Assembly: GCA_019308745.1 (NCBI GenBank)
Contig: JAFDHO010000003.1
Span: 80 to 64,079 of the forward strand
From: Deltaproteobacteria bacterium
GTDB lineage: Bacteria; Desulfobacterota; DSM-4660; Desulfatiglandales; HGW-15
DNA length: 64,000 bases
Direction of reading: 5' to 3'
Shown here: positions 29,664 to 40,281 of the stretch, piece by piece
How positions within the stretch are numbered: position 1 is the stretch's first letter
Layout of the letters: each line of letters starts with the position of its first letter
Translations under genes and position numbers: made by a program
The notes under the pieces: model-generated
Databases searched by the model: none
What the model saw: the letters and a program-made list of their open reading frames with translations, nothing else
What the model was told of the DNA's origin: nothing

Positions 29664-31170
29664 AGCCTGGGGGACCAAAGGAGCTCCTCCTCTTCTGCCT
29701 TTGTTCCTCAAGGTATGTCTCGTACTCGGACAGTTGTTCCGGGGAAAGCACGCCTTGTAGGCGCTTCTTGGTTCTGGCATTTAGCTTCTGCATATTGCTT
29801 GCCAGCTTCTGTATTCCTGAGAATCCCTTTCCGCCAAATCTCCTCCTAACGGAGTCTTGTTCTCTGATATGTTCCAGCAAGATTGGACGAACTTCCATCA
29901 TCTGCTGGTCAGTGAGTTTGAGCCGTGCTCCGATCGTTGCAATTACTTGATCTGTTGACGGGGGCCCCTGTCTTCCCCCACCAGCAGTCCTTATGAGCCT
30001 GCCCTGGGGGTCTGCTGCCCTGACAACCATGCCGTCTGTGACCGCCTGCAGGGTTGAGGTGACGAGGAGGTCCCCCCTTTTCAGACCAGACCGGACAAGG
30101 ACCGTGTTCCCGTGGAATCTCGCCACTTCGACCCTCCTGAAACGGAGCCGGCCGCCAGCATCAACCACCCATACGGTTTTGTCCTCCCGAAGGGACGACC
30201 TGGGGATGACGGCAGCATCCTGTAGCGTCTTGCCTTCCAGGTCGACCTTCACGAAAAGCCCGGGGACCAGGGGAGGTCTTTTTACAAATGGGTCCATGAC
30301 CCTGACCACCACGTTTATCATTCGGGTCCTTTCATCTATCTTTCCCTCCGCTCTCACTACCTGTCCTTCCCACCTGAGCTCCCTTCCGCCCAGGTCAGCT
30401 CTCACTGCTGCCTTGGAACCGGGGCCATCACCTTTGGTAAAGCCGGGAACATCGATCCATTGGAGATCCCTTTCCTCTAACGGCACCATGATTTCCACCG
30501 CGTCCGTGGAATAGATACTCGCAAGGGGTTGGCCGGGAGTCACGTACTGTCCCACATCCACGCTCTCTTGACTCACTCGGCCGTTGAAAGGGGTCTTTAG
30601 TCTGGTTCTCTCCAAGTTCAGCCCGGCCTTTCTCAGGTCTGCCCTGTCAGCGTCCAGGCGCGCCCTGGCAGCTGCAAGCTGGGGTTCTCTTGCCACGAGA
30701 GGGGGTGGCTTCTTCAAGGTGCCGGAGCGTCCATGAATGAGTTTCCACTCCTCTCTCGCAGCCGCAGCCTCCTCTTCTGCGAGCCGCAGCTTGCTCTCGG
30801 AGTCTTTTACCTTGGCCTCTGCCAGGGTGAGGGCCAGCTTATAGTCTGTGGGATCGATCCGAAGCAGAAGGTCCCCCCTTTTGAACTCCCCCCCGTTCAC
30901 CAGGTTGGGAGATACATAGATAACTTTCCCTCCTACTTGGGGAATGACATTTATCTCCTTCAAGGGACGTACTGTGCCCTCGCGCCGGACAATGATAGGC
31001 TGGGTCTTGGGTTCAACCCTTATTGTGCGGACCACCGGTGTCGGCTTTGACGGCATTCTCCTTTTGATCTGGGGTTTACTTGCCTTGAGTTCGTTCATCC
31101 CAAAGTAACCGATCCCGATCAAGGCGACCACGATGAGGAAATGTATGAACAATCTCAGCAGTTTCTTCAT
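29662..31170 (-). CDS. RND periplasmic adaptor (MFP) with a C-terminal Spy/CpxP-like extension
   Basis: N-terminal TM; PQVGGKV, L.IDP.DY, L.TPFNG.V and 'IDERTR' motifs; extra tail with LTDQQ and LSPEQ. Confidence 0.9.
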   Translation of the reverse strand: MKKLLRLFIHFLIVVALIGIGYFGMNELKASKPQIKRRMPSKPTPVVRTIRVEPKTQPIIVRREGTVRPLKEINVIPQVGGKVIYVSPNLVNGGEFKRGDLLLRIDPTDYKLALTLAEAKVKDSESKLRLAEEEAAAAREEWKLIHGRSGTLKKPPPLVAREPQLAAARARLDADRADLRKAGLNLERTRLKTPFNGRVSQESVDVGQYVTPGQPLASIYSTDAVEIMVPLEERDLQWIDVPGFTKGDGPGSKAAVRADLGGRELRWEGQVVRAEGKIDERTRMINVVVRVMDPFVKRPPLVPGLFVKVDLEGKTLQDAAVIPRSSLREDKTVWVVDAGGRLRFRRVEVARFHGNTVLVRSGLKRGDLLVTSTLQAVTDGMVVRAADPQGRLIRTAGGGRQGPPSTDQVIATIGARLKLTDQQMMEVRPILLEHIREQDSVRRRFGGKGFSGIQKLASNMQKLNARTKKRLQGVLSPEQLSEYETYLEEQRQKRRSSFGPPG

Positions 31171-32648
31171 GGCACACCATCCTTTGTGGCACGTTTCTCG
31201 GAGTTTCTATCAGAGGGCACCGGTCCTGGATCACCCCAGCCTCCACCGAGGGCCCTGTAAAGATTGACGCGGTTTGTCAAGAGATCCAGGTCCGCCGCAA
31301 CCAGGTTTTGCTCAGCTTGGAATCTGGTTTGTTGCGCATCCAGGACATTGATGTAGTTGACGAGTCCTTTCATGTAACGGCTTTGCGCGACCTGCTGCGT
31401 TGCCCTGGCCTCAGCCAGGAATTCCAGGATCTTTTTCCGGCGCTCCAGCTGTTCCCTCCTGGTCAGCAGGGCACTCTCCACTTCGGAGAAGGCATTCAAC
31501 AGGCTCTTTGCGTAATCGGCTAAACCTTGTCTGTAACGGGCCTCGGCAGCCCGCTGAGCGGCCTTGAGCTTGCCACCGTCGAAGAGCGGCATGAGAAGGC
31601 CTGCGGCAATTCTCCGGAACTCGCTGGCGGGATTGAGGAGTTCTGCTAGTTCATCACTGGAATATCCATAGCTGCCTGTCAGGGAAATCCTCGGGAAGCG
31701 ATTGGCCTTTGCGATGCCGATCTGCGCATTGAGGGCAACGAGAAGGGCCTCGGACGCCCTGATGTCCGGACGACGCTTCAGGAGTTCGGAAGGGAGTCCT
31801 GGAGGCACGGGCTCGAGTTGTTTGAAGTAATCTGCCGAGTGGGTTCTGGCGGGGCGGGTCTCGGGATATCGACCTACGAGGACCGCGAGTCTCTGCTGAA
31901 GGGTGCCGAGTTGCTGGCGCAGGGCCGGCAGAGAAGCCTCGGTTTGTGCCAGAAGCCTCCGGGCCTGTCTTACGTCCAGTACGGAGGTGAGCCCCCGGCG
32001 ATAACGGTTTTCAACAACCTCCAGGCTGAGCCGATAGCTCCTTATACTTTCCTCGGTTATCTGGATTCTTCTTTCCAGGGATTCTATCTGGAGATAGAGG
32101 GTGATGGTCTCTGCGACGATTGACTGAGCGATGGTGCGCCTGTCCTCTTCTGCCTTCACAAGATTGCCCCGGGCAGCCTCTTCGGCCCTTGCCAGGCGAC
32201 CCCAAAGGTCTATTTCAAAGGAAGCGGGTATGGAAAGGACGTGGCTCCTTGTCGTCTTTCTCGAGGGGGTCGTTCCGAAGGGGCCGGCAGATGCCTGACG
32301 CTGTTTCTGTGCCTGGGCCTGCAGGTCGAATCTTGGCAGGCGCTCCGCGTGGGCCTGGGCAACCAGCGAGCGAACCTCCAGGACACGGGAGGTCGCCTTT
32401 TTTATGTCCCAGTTATTCGCCAGGGCCTCCTCGACAAGCCTGTTCAATTGAGGGTCATGGAAGCTCTCCCACCAGCGATCATCGAGTCCCGGCATGGCAG
32501 ACTCCCTATCGGCCTGTTGATAGGAGGAGGGAACCGTGGCCCCAAGGTCGGGAGCCCCATATTCGGGCCCCAATTTCACGCAGGCTCCGAGGGCAAGAAT
32601 GCCGGCACAAAAAACAAAGTACGAGAATATGACACGTGGCTTGTCCAT
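31167..32648 (-). CDS. Outer-membrane efflux lipoprotein (NodT/OprM/TolC family)
   Basis: Lipobox LGAC; WWESFHDPQLN.LV, FEIDLWG, PSELL.RRPDI and LYRALGGGW motifs. Confidence 0.95.
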   Translation of the reverse strand: MDKPRVIFSYFVFCAGILALGACVKLGPEYGAPDLGATVPSSYQQADRESAMPGLDDRWWESFHDPQLNRLVEEALANNWDIKKATSRVLEVRSLVAQAHAERLPRFDLQAQAQKQRQASAGPFGTTPSRKTTRSHVLSIPASFEIDLWGRLARAEEAARGNLVKAEEDRRTIAQSIVAETITLYLQIESLERRIQITEESIRSYRLSLEVVENRYRRGLTSVLDVRQARRLLAQTEASLPALRQQLGTLQQRLAVLVGRYPETRPARTHSADYFKQLEPVPPGLPSELLKRRPDIRASEALLVALNAQIGIAKANRFPRISLTGSYGYSSDELAELLNPASEFRRIAAGLLMPLFDGGKLKAAQRAAEARYRQGLADYAKSLLNAFSEVESALLTRREQLERRKKILEFLAEARATQQVAQSRYMKGLVNYINVLDAQQTRFQAEQNLVAADLDLLTNRVNLYRALGGGWGDPGPVPSDRNSEKRATKDGVP

Positions 32649-32900
32649 ATTGATAGGTAACTCCGTGCAGTCACATCAATAAATCAATATAATGCCTATT
32701 TGTACTACCATCAATATTTATATGCCCGGCGCACCGCAGGTTTATCCCCTGCAACGAAGCAGGAAACATGCGGAGATGGGGCGGGTCGGAAAAAAGGCAT
32801 GGACGCAAAAGGTCTTGTTCCCGGATGTCTTTGGCTTCAGTCGGTCCCCGGGCACCAGGCCTTTATCGTCCCGGTATATGCTTTTCAAGCCGATACCGGC

Positions 32901-33956
32901 CTAGCGGGGTATCTTCAGCACGCCTGCTCCGTGCATTTTCCCCTCTTTCAATATGACCAGGGCCTGGTTTGCGTGCTCCAGTTCAAACTCCTGGACTTCG
33001 GGGAGGATGCCGATTTCTGCTGCCAGGGGCAAGAACTCCAGGGCATCCCTCCTGGCCACATTGGCCACACTCTTTATCTCCCTTTCGTGCCACAGGTATT
33101 GGGCATAGTCCAATTCAGGTATGGGGCTTATTTTTCTGATGGCATTGATGGTAACCCTTCCTCCCTTCTTCAGCACGCGAAGGGCCTCCCGGACCGGCTC
33201 CCCAACAGGGGTGAAATCAATGGCACAGTCCAGTTTCTCGGGGGGAGCTTCGCCTGTGGCCCCCACCCAGGCGGCACCCAGTTTCTTTGCCAATTCCTGG
33301 TGGGCGGTTTGTCCTTCCCTGGTGAACACAAAGACCGTGCAGTTCCAGTATCTTGCAACCTGAATGGCAATATGGGCCGAAGCACCAAATCCAAAAAGCC
33401 CGAGAACCCCGCCTGGTGTTAGGCCTGATAGTCTCAATGCCCTGTATCCGATTATGCCGGCACACATGAGGGGCGCGGCCTGGGAGTCAGAAAAGACGGT
33501 GGGGATCGGATAGGCAAAATCTTGCGAGACAACCGTGTATTGCCCGTAGCCTCCCGGGGCATCTAGTCCGGTGGCACGGAACCGGTCACAGAGGTTCTCG
33601 TCACCCCTCTTACAAAAGGGACATTGCCCGCAACTGGAGTTTATCCAGGCGATCCCAACCCTGTCACCAATCTGAAATTTGTTGGCCCCAGGGCCCATGG
33701 CGACGATTCTGCCGATGATTTCGTGGCCCAGCACCACGGGGAATTCGGGCGGAACAAGCCTTCCTTCGATCTCGTCCAGCTCGGTGTGGCATATGCCGCA
33801 CCTATCGACACTCACAAGGAGTTGATTGGCCCCCGGCTCTGGGACCGGGATATCTGCAAGGTCAAGGGGATTCCTTTTTAAGGGGAGATCAGGCCTCTTT
33901 CTCTCGCCAGAACCAGTTTCTATCTCACAGATCTCCTTTAGGACCATTGCCTTCAT
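32901..33956 (-). CDS. Zinc-dependent alcohol dehydrogenase
   Basis: CGICHTE, GHE, CGQCPFC..G.ENLC, APLMCAG and GFGASAH motifs. Confidence 0.93.
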   Translation of the reverse strand: MKAMVLKEICEIETGSGERKRPDLPLKRNPLDLADIPVPEPGANQLLVSVDRCGICHTELDEIEGRLVPPEFPVVLGHEIIGRIVAMGPGANKFQIGDRVGIAWINSSCGQCPFCKRGDENLCDRFRATGLDAPGGYGQYTVVSQDFAYPIPTVFSDSQAAPLMCAGIIGYRALRLSGLTPGGVLGLFGFGASAHIAIQVARYWNCTVFVFTREGQTAHQELAKKLGAAWVGATGEAPPEKLDCAIDFTPVGEPVREALRVLKKGGRVTINAIRKISPIPELDYAQYLWHEREIKSVANVARRDALEFLPLAAEIGILPEVQEFELEHANQALVILKEGKMHGAGVLKIPR

Positions 33957-34423
33957 TGTCCCTCCTCCTGGACGCTGATAGATTCCGTCCTGCCGTCACG
34001 GATCATGGACACGGGCCTTGCCGGACGGGCCCCGAGCACAGATACACCCTCCTCATTATGAGTACCGGTCGCCCGAGGTCAAGAGAATTCTCGAACCCTT
34101 CCCTGTCCTCAAACCATCTATCCGCCCCGCGGACAGCCACGGTTTTGGCAGTGGATGAATGCGGTTAAGGGCGGGATGTCGTACCACTAAGTCCTGCCGA
34201 TTGGGAAGCAATTCGACGAGACGAGGGGGTGCCGATGGCTCGCCCGTGGGTCTCCACTTTTCCCTTGACCTTTTGTTACTTGATAATCTAATGTAAGTGC
34301 TCGACGGGTCCTTGAACCTTGGGAAGTCGTGTTCTCCCTTGAGCACAAGAGATGTGTTCTCACGATGAGGGGCGATTCGGGCTTTGGGGACTTAATATCT
34401 TATTTTCTAAGGAGGATAAAGTC

Positions 34424-34624
34424 TTGAGTGAGGGAGTAATCAAATGGTTCGATGCCAAAAAGGGTTATGGGTTTATTAGCCAGGAAGAAGGCCCGGATGT
34501 ATTCTTGCATTTTTCTTCCATAAACATGGATGGCTTCAAGACCCTCAACGAGGGAGACCGGGTCACCTTTGACCTGGAAGAGAGCGACAGGGGCCCGGTA
34601 GCAAAGAACGTAGCAAAACTGTAG
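34424..34624 (+). CDS. Cold-shock protein (CspA family), TTG start
   Basis: AAGGAGG then TTG; GVIKWF..KKGYGFI (RNP1) and DVFLHFS (RNP2). Confidence 0.95.
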   Translation: MSEGVIKWFDAKKGYGFISQEEGPDVFLHFSSINMDGFKTLNEGDRVTFDLEESDRGPVAKNVAKL

Positions 34625-34653
34625 TCCGCCAGTGTGATCAGAGACCCTCTTGT

Positions 34654-34689
34654 GCATCTCGTCTGGGACAGATGAGGTGCTTTTTTTTT
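34654..34689 (+). terminator. Intrinsic terminator after csp
   Basis: GCATCTCGTCTG-GGA-CAGATGAGGTGC followed by T9. Confidence 0.85.
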
Positions 34690-34882
34690 GTAGATACGTG
34701 GGAAGAACGCTCGCGCAATGGGAGGCGGGGATGCCCATGTTTACAAGAAATGCCTCGTCGCAAGGTGGGCTGCGGCCCGAACATCGCTCTCCGGCACTTA
34801 TCCGACCATGAAGGACACCCCCGGTGCCACAGGGGATCTGTAGGAGCATCGCGGCCTTTGACCCGGGCGCAATGGTGACTCA

Positions 34883-36049
34883 ATGGAAACAAATGAGCAC
34901 AATGTACACCAACTGGCCTCCGATGGAAAGACCATCACTCTGGTGGGAACGGCACACGTCTCCAGAGAAAGCGCGGACCTTGTAAAGGACACCATTCACC
35001 GGGAAAGACCGGATACGGTGTGCCTGGAGCTGTGTCAGGCGAGGTACCAGGCCATGAGAGATCGGGGTGCGTGGCAAAACACGAATCTTCTCACAGTGAT
35101 CAGGGAGAAGAAGGCATCCCTCCTCCTCTTGAACATGGTCCTCGCCTATTTTCAGAAGAAGATTGGAAAAAGGCTGGGTGTCAAACCCGGTGAAGAGATG
35201 ATTCAGGCCATTGAGGCCGCGGATTTGGTTGGGGCGGAGATCTGCCTCGCAGACAGGGACGTGCGCGTCACTCTTTCAAGGGCATGGCGAAAGATAGGCC
35301 TCTGGCCAAAGGTGAAACTCTTCTTTCAGTTGGTGACGTCCTTCGGTCAGATAGACTCCATCAAAGAAGAAGACATTGAAGAGATGAAAAAGAAGGATGT
35401 GCTCGAGGCTTTGCTCTCCGAGATAGGGGAGTCCTTCCCCCAGGTAAGGCGCGTTCTCATCGACGAGAGAGATCGGTACCTGGCTCACAAGATAAGGAGT
35501 GCGCCTGGACACAGGATAGTGGCCGTGGTCGGGGCAGGGCATGTCCCGGGAATCGAGAGGTTCTGGGGCCAGGCCGTTGACATCCACGAACTTGATCAAA
35601 TCCCCAAAAGGAGGGGTTTTACCCGTTACTTGAAATGGGCTGTCCCGGGAATCATTCTTATTCTCATCGTACTGGGCTTCTTTTCTGCCGGGGCAGAGAC
35701 GGGGAAGCACATGGTCAAATACTGGATCCTGGCGAACGGCGTCCTGGCAGGGATGGGTGCTGGAGCAGCCTTTGCGCACCCATTGACTGTTTTCGCAGCA
35801 ATCCTTGCGTCTCCCCTGACCTCACTCAATCCTATGATTGCCGCGGGCTGGGTGGCCGGGATCGTGGAGGTCATCGTGCGGAGGCCGAAGGTCAAGGATT
35901 TTGAGACGCTACCGGAGGATATTTCGTCCCTCAAGGGATTCTGGAGGAACAAGATCACCAGGGTGCTTATGGTCGTCGTGTTCACCAATATCGGAAGTGC
36001 CCTGGGTGCATTCGTTGCCATCCCTTTTATGTTGAAGGTCTTGTCTTAG
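34883..36049 (+). CDS. TraB/GumN (pheromone shutdown TraB) family protein
   Basis: LVGTAHVS, VCLELC, PGEEM, LADRD..TL.R, LIDERD and VVGAGH motifs. Confidence 0.9.
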   Translation: METNEHNVHQLASDGKTITLVGTAHVSRESADLVKDTIHRERPDTVCLELCQARYQAMRDRGAWQNTNLLTVIREKKASLLLLNMVLAYFQKKIGKRLGVKPGEEMIQAIEAADLVGAEICLADRDVRVTLSRAWRKIGLWPKVKLFFQLVTSFGQIDSIKEEDIEEMKKKDVLEALLSEIGESFPQVRRVLIDERDRYLAHKIRSAPGHRIVAVVGAGHVPGIERFWGQAVDIHELDQIPKRRGFTRYLKWAVPGIILILIVLGFFSAGAETGKHMVKYWILANGVLAGMGAGAAFAHPLTVFAAILASPLTSLNPMIAAGWVAGIVEVIVRRPKVKDFETLPEDISSLKGFWRNKITRVLMVVVFTNIGSALGAFVAIPFMLKVLS

Positions 36050-36111
36050 CCGGCTCGTCCTGCTGAGATGTGTGAGGGAGTCCGATTGAGGCAGGTGGTG
36101 GGTCCCGATTC

Positions 36112-37560
36112 CTACTTCCGCCAGTACTCGGGGATCAGGAGTGCCACGACCGTGTATATTTCGAGCCGTCCCACGAGCATGCAGAATATCAATATCCATT
36201 TCCCCAAGGAAGGGATAAGGAGATAGTTTTTCGTGGGGCCAACCATCCCGAGACCGGGGCCGACATTAAAGATGCATGCTGCAACGGATGCGAAGCTCGA
36301 AACCATGTCAAGCCCCAGGGATGCCATGATGATTGCAGAGGTAACGAATATGGCGAGGTAGAGGATAAAGAACCCCCAGATGCTGCTCAACACTTCCTGG
36401 GGTACCCCCTTGCCGCCAAGCTTTACCGTCGTAATGGCGTGGGGGTGGATGATGCGAAATATCTCCTGATAGGCATGCTTGGCCAGCAGAATGATCCGTA
36501 CGATCTTTATGCCGCCCCCCGTAGAGCCCGCCATGGCGCCCAGAAACATGCATAAGACCAGGATTTTCTTGGAAAGGGCGGGCCATTGATCGAAATCGGC
36601 GGTGGCAAAGCCGGTCGTCGTGATAATGGAACTCACCTGAAATGCCGCATATCTGAATGCCTTTGCCAGAGAAGCATAGACCGTGCCATGTAGATTGAAG
36701 GTGAGCAGTAGGATGAATAGAAACACAACGGTAAGATAGACCCTGCATTCCGGATCCTTTCCGAAGATGGCGAGATCACCCCTGAGCAGTTTGTAATGGA
36801 GCGAAAAGTTGATTCCCGCAATGATCATGAAGGCAATGAGGATTCCGTCAAAATAGGAGCTGTTGTAGTGAGCGATGCTGGCATTCTTGGGTGAAAACCC
36901 GCCGGTGGGCATGGTACAGAAGGCGTGAGAAACTGCCTCAAACAGGGGCATTCCTCCCAGGAAGAGGAGGAGGATCTCAAGGGCGGTGATGAGAATGTAG
37001 ACCTTCCAGAGTGTCTTTGCCGTATCCGATATCCTGGGTTTTAGCTTGTCCACCACAGGACTCGGCACTTCAGCCTTATAGAGCTGCATTCCCCCGACCC
37101 CCAGGAAGGGCAAAATCGCAATAGAAAGCACAATGATCCCCATCCCGCCGAACCACTGGGTAATACTCCTCCACATGAGGATGCCCCTGGGAAGCCCCTC
37201 AATGTTCTCCAAGATCGAAGCACCTGTCGTTGTAAAGCCCGACAAGGATTCAAAATAGGCGTCCGTCAGATCTGGTATGGCCCCTGAAAGGATATAAGGA
37301 ACTGCCCCAGCAAAACCCGCAGCAATCCATCCAAAGGTTACTATTGCCACCCCGTCACGATGGCCGAGGACCTTGACCTCCTGATTCCTGGCAATGACGT
37401 AAAGGAAAACGCCAAGGGCCATGACAATTATCATGGAATAGAGGAGTGGCAGGGCATCATGCTCCCCGAAGGCCCAGGACACGATAAAGGGAAAGGCCAT
37501 GGAAAGGCCAAGGAAAAAGACAAGGATTCCAATAAAGCGTATGACGGAATGGGTGTGCAT
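36112..37560 (-). CDS. trkH: Potassium uptake membrane protein TrkH
   Basis: FESLSGFTTTG, TGGFS, TTTGF, GSTGGG.K and NVGPG pore motifs. Confidence 0.95.
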   Translation of the reverse strand: MHTHSVIRFIGILVFFLGLSMAFPFIVSWAFGEHDALPLLYSMIIVMALGVFLYVIARNQEVKVLGHRDGVAIVTFGWIAAGFAGAVPYILSGAIPDLTDAYFESLSGFTTTGASILENIEGLPRGILMWRSITQWFGGMGIIVLSIAILPFLGVGGMQLYKAEVPSPVVDKLKPRISDTAKTLWKVYILITALEILLLFLGGMPLFEAVSHAFCTMPTGGFSPKNASIAHYNSSYFDGILIAFMIIAGINFSLHYKLLRGDLAIFGKDPECRVYLTVVFLFILLLTFNLHGTVYASLAKAFRYAAFQVSSIITTTGFATADFDQWPALSKKILVLCMFLGAMAGSTGGGIKIVRIILLAKHAYQEIFRIIHPHAITTVKLGGKGVPQEVLSSIWGFFILYLAIFVTSAIIMASLGLDMVSSFASVAACIFNVGPGLGMVGPTKNYLLIPSLGKWILIFCMLVGRLEIYTVVALLIPEYWRK

Positions 37561-38918
37561 CAGAAGTATTCCAGTTTGACTGTAAGAAGTTTCTCCAGCT
37601 TTGGGATGACCTTTTGAAGTGCAAAGATGATGAGACGGTCCTTGGGCTTGATCACGCTATCGCCCCTGGGAATAACGATGTCTTCTTCGCGGACTATGGC
37701 CCCAACGAGAGCCCCCTTGGGAAATTTCACCTTGTAGAGGGGTACATTTACGATATCCGACGTCTCGAGGGCCTCTGCCTCGATTGCTTCGGCGTGTTCG
37801 CCCTTTAGGGGTGCTACGGAGATGATCTTTCCCTTGCGGATGTACTGGAGTATCGCCCTGATCGCGGAAAGCCTGGAGCTTACAACCGTATCGATACCGA
37901 TGGCCGAGACGAGAGGGATGTAACTCAGCTTGTCTATCCGGGTGATGTTCTTCTTTGCACCAAGACCCTTTCCGAGCAAGGAGATGAGGACATTACTCTC
38001 TTCATCTCCCGTAATGGCAACAATGAAGTCAGCATCGCGGATATTTTCCTCTTCCAGCAGGTTCTTGTCTGTGCCGTCACCGTTAATGACGATAACCCTC
38101 TCAAGTTTTTCTGCCAGGGCGGTGCATTTCTCGCCGTCCTTCTCGATAATCTTGGCATTGATCTTTGTACGATCAAGGGCCGACGCGAGGGCAGTTCCGG
38201 TCTGACCTCCCCCTACGATGATGACCCTTCGGAGTTCCTCCTCCTTTGGATTCAGTATCTTGTATATGTCGGAGAGTTCGTTGCCCCGGACCACCACATA
38301 GACCAGATCATGGGCCTGTATGGTGTCCTCCCCGTGGGGAATGATGACCTGTTCTCCCCGGACTATGGCCCCGACCAACATCTTCCCTTCCAGGCCCTTG
38401 ACAGAAAGGAGTTGCTTCCCGGCAAAAGGTGAATCGGGTTTAATGGTGATGCCGATCAATTTGACACGGCCGTCCACAAATTCTATGACATCCGAAGCCC
38501 CCGGGAAGATCATGAGATTCATGATCGTCTCGACCATAAAAGATTCCGGGTTGATTATCTGGTCAACACCCAATAGGCTGGGGCTAAAGAGGTCCTCCTC
38601 CTGGAGGTACTCCGGGTTTCGGATTCGGGCGACCTTGAGGATATACTGATTCAGGTTGCGTGCAAGGAGGCAGGCAAGGATGTTTACTTCGTCACTGTCG
38701 GTGGCTGCCACAAGGAGATCCGCGTCCTTTATGCCAGAGGCCTTCAGTATCCCGGGACTTGTCCCTGATCCGAGGATGGCCTGGACATCCAGGTTCTCCG
38801 TGATCCTCTTGATCTTTTCGGGGTCTTTGTCAATGAGAAAGACTTCCTGGCTTTCCTCGGAGAGCTTCTGTGCAATATGAAAGCCGACATCGCCGGCACC
38901 CACTATAATGATCTTCAC
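37560..38918 (-). CDS. trkA: Potassium uptake regulator TrkA
   Basis: Two RCK_N (GAGDVG, GGGQTG) plus RCK_C repeats; overlaps trkH by 1 nt. Confidence 0.95.
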   Translation of the reverse strand: MKIIIVGAGDVGFHIAQKLSEESQEVFLIDKDPEKIKRITENLDVQAILGSGTSPGILKASGIKDADLLVAATDSDEVNILACLLARNLNQYILKVARIRNPEYLQEEDLFSPSLLGVDQIINPESFMVETIMNLMIFPGASDVIEFVDGRVKLIGITIKPDSPFAGKQLLSVKGLEGKMLVGAIVRGEQVIIPHGEDTIQAHDLVYVVVRGNELSDIYKILNPKEEELRRVIIVGGGQTGTALASALDRTKINAKIIEKDGEKCTALAEKLERVIVINGDGTDKNLLEEENIRDADFIVAITGDEESNVLISLLGKGLGAKKNITRIDKLSYIPLVSAIGIDTVVSSRLSAIRAILQYIRKGKIISVAPLKGEHAEAIEAEALETSDIVNVPLYKVKFPKGALVGAIVREEDIVIPRGDSVIKPKDRLIIFALQKVIPKLEKLLTVKLEYF

Positions 38919-39250
38919 GACTTCACTCCAAAAGAGAGATCTTTCAAGACCACCTCGCAGCAGAGAAAATCAATCCCCACAACCCCGGTCTTGCATGCGG
39001 GATCGGTCCACGACCTCCAAACCAAAATTTGATTTGACTGATTGGCAATCTTTATAAAAGAAGGCTGGAAAAGTCAACCTGATTGACATCAACAGGTTAC
39101 CCCCTTTGTCTTGGAGCGGGAAGGGACGTTCAAGAGTCGGGGCGCTCCTCTCGCCTCCAAATTGATTTCTCTGGAAAATCGAACAAAATGGTGCTAAGGT
39201 AAAACGTACCAAAAGGAATAGGAAAAAGCGATAAGGAAGATGAATTAGCC

Positions 39251-40264
39251 ATGATAAAGGAATTAAAACTCAGCGATTTTAATGTTGATGAATTTAGGCA
39301 ATATATTGATAGGTTCCGTGAAACCAACATCCTTGTTTTGGGCGATGTCATTATGGACGAATATGTTTGGGGAAATGTCTCTCGAATATCTCCAGAGGCC
39401 CCGGTGCCTGTTGTGGAGGTGAAAGAGGAGACACAGATGCTTGGGGGTGCGGCCAATGTGATAAACAATATATGTTCCCTCGGCGGCCGCCCCCTCCTTT
39501 GCGGGGTGATAGGAGAGGATAGGACAGGAGAAGACATCCTGAGGGAAATAAAAGGCTTGGGCCTAAGAACCGACGGTCTGATCAAGGTGCCCAACAGGAG
39601 AACGAGCATAAAGACGAGGGTTGTGGCTCAAAATCAGCAGGTTGTGAGATTCGATCGGGAAAACAAGAGGGATTTGGAAGGGGGACATGTCACAAGAATA
39701 TTGGACTTCATCAAAGATAACATCGAGGGACTGGATGCCGTTATTGTCGCTGACTATGGTAAAGGCGTGGTTACAGGAGAAGTAATGAAGGGGATCAGGA
39801 CCCTGATCGAGGATCGGGACATCATCCTGGCCGTTGATCCCAAGACCGACAAATTTGAATACTATAGGGGGATAGACGTGATCACCCCGAACCACCACGA
39901 GGCAGGGGCCTTCTGCCGAATAGCTATCGAAGACGACGTGTCATTGGTAAAGGCGGGCGAGCACATGCTCCGGGAATTGGATTGCAGGTCCGTCTTGATA
40001 ACCCAGGGCAAGGACGGTATGACTCTCTTTGAAAATGGCGGTGAAATCAGTCACATCTCAACGGTTGCAAAGAAGGTCTTTGACGTGACCGGCGCAGGGG
40101 ATACGGTGATCTCCACCTTTTGCCTGGGACTGGCCTCGGGGATGGACCTGAAATCAGCCGCGCTCCTATCCAATTTTGCGGCTGGAATCGTTGTCGGCGA
40201 AGTCGGGACATCCGCGGTCAAGACTGAGGATCTATTGAGCGCCATATACTACCAAATGAAATAG
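39251..40264 (+). CDS. rfaE1: D-glycero-beta-D-manno-heptose-7-phosphate kinase (RfaE domain I)
   Basis: GDVIMDEY..G.V.RISPEAPVPV, GGAANV, DYGKG and DVTGAGDT motifs. Confidence 0.93.
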   Translation: MIKELKLSDFNVDEFRQYIDRFRETNILVLGDVIMDEYVWGNVSRISPEAPVPVVEVKEETQMLGGAANVINNICSLGGRPLLCGVIGEDRTGEDILREIKGLGLRTDGLIKVPNRRTSIKTRVVAQNQQVVRFDRENKRDLEGGHVTRILDFIKDNIEGLDAVIVADYGKGVVTGEVMKGIRTLIEDRDIILAVDPKTDKFEYYRGIDVITPNHHEAGAFCRIAIEDDVSLVKAGEHMLRELDCRSVLITQGKDGMTLFENGGEISHISTVAKKVFDVTGAGDTVISTFCLGLASGMDLKSAALLSNFAAGIVVGEVGTSAVKTEDLLSAIYYQMK

Positions 40265-40281
40265 GGCAGGAGAAGTGTCAG

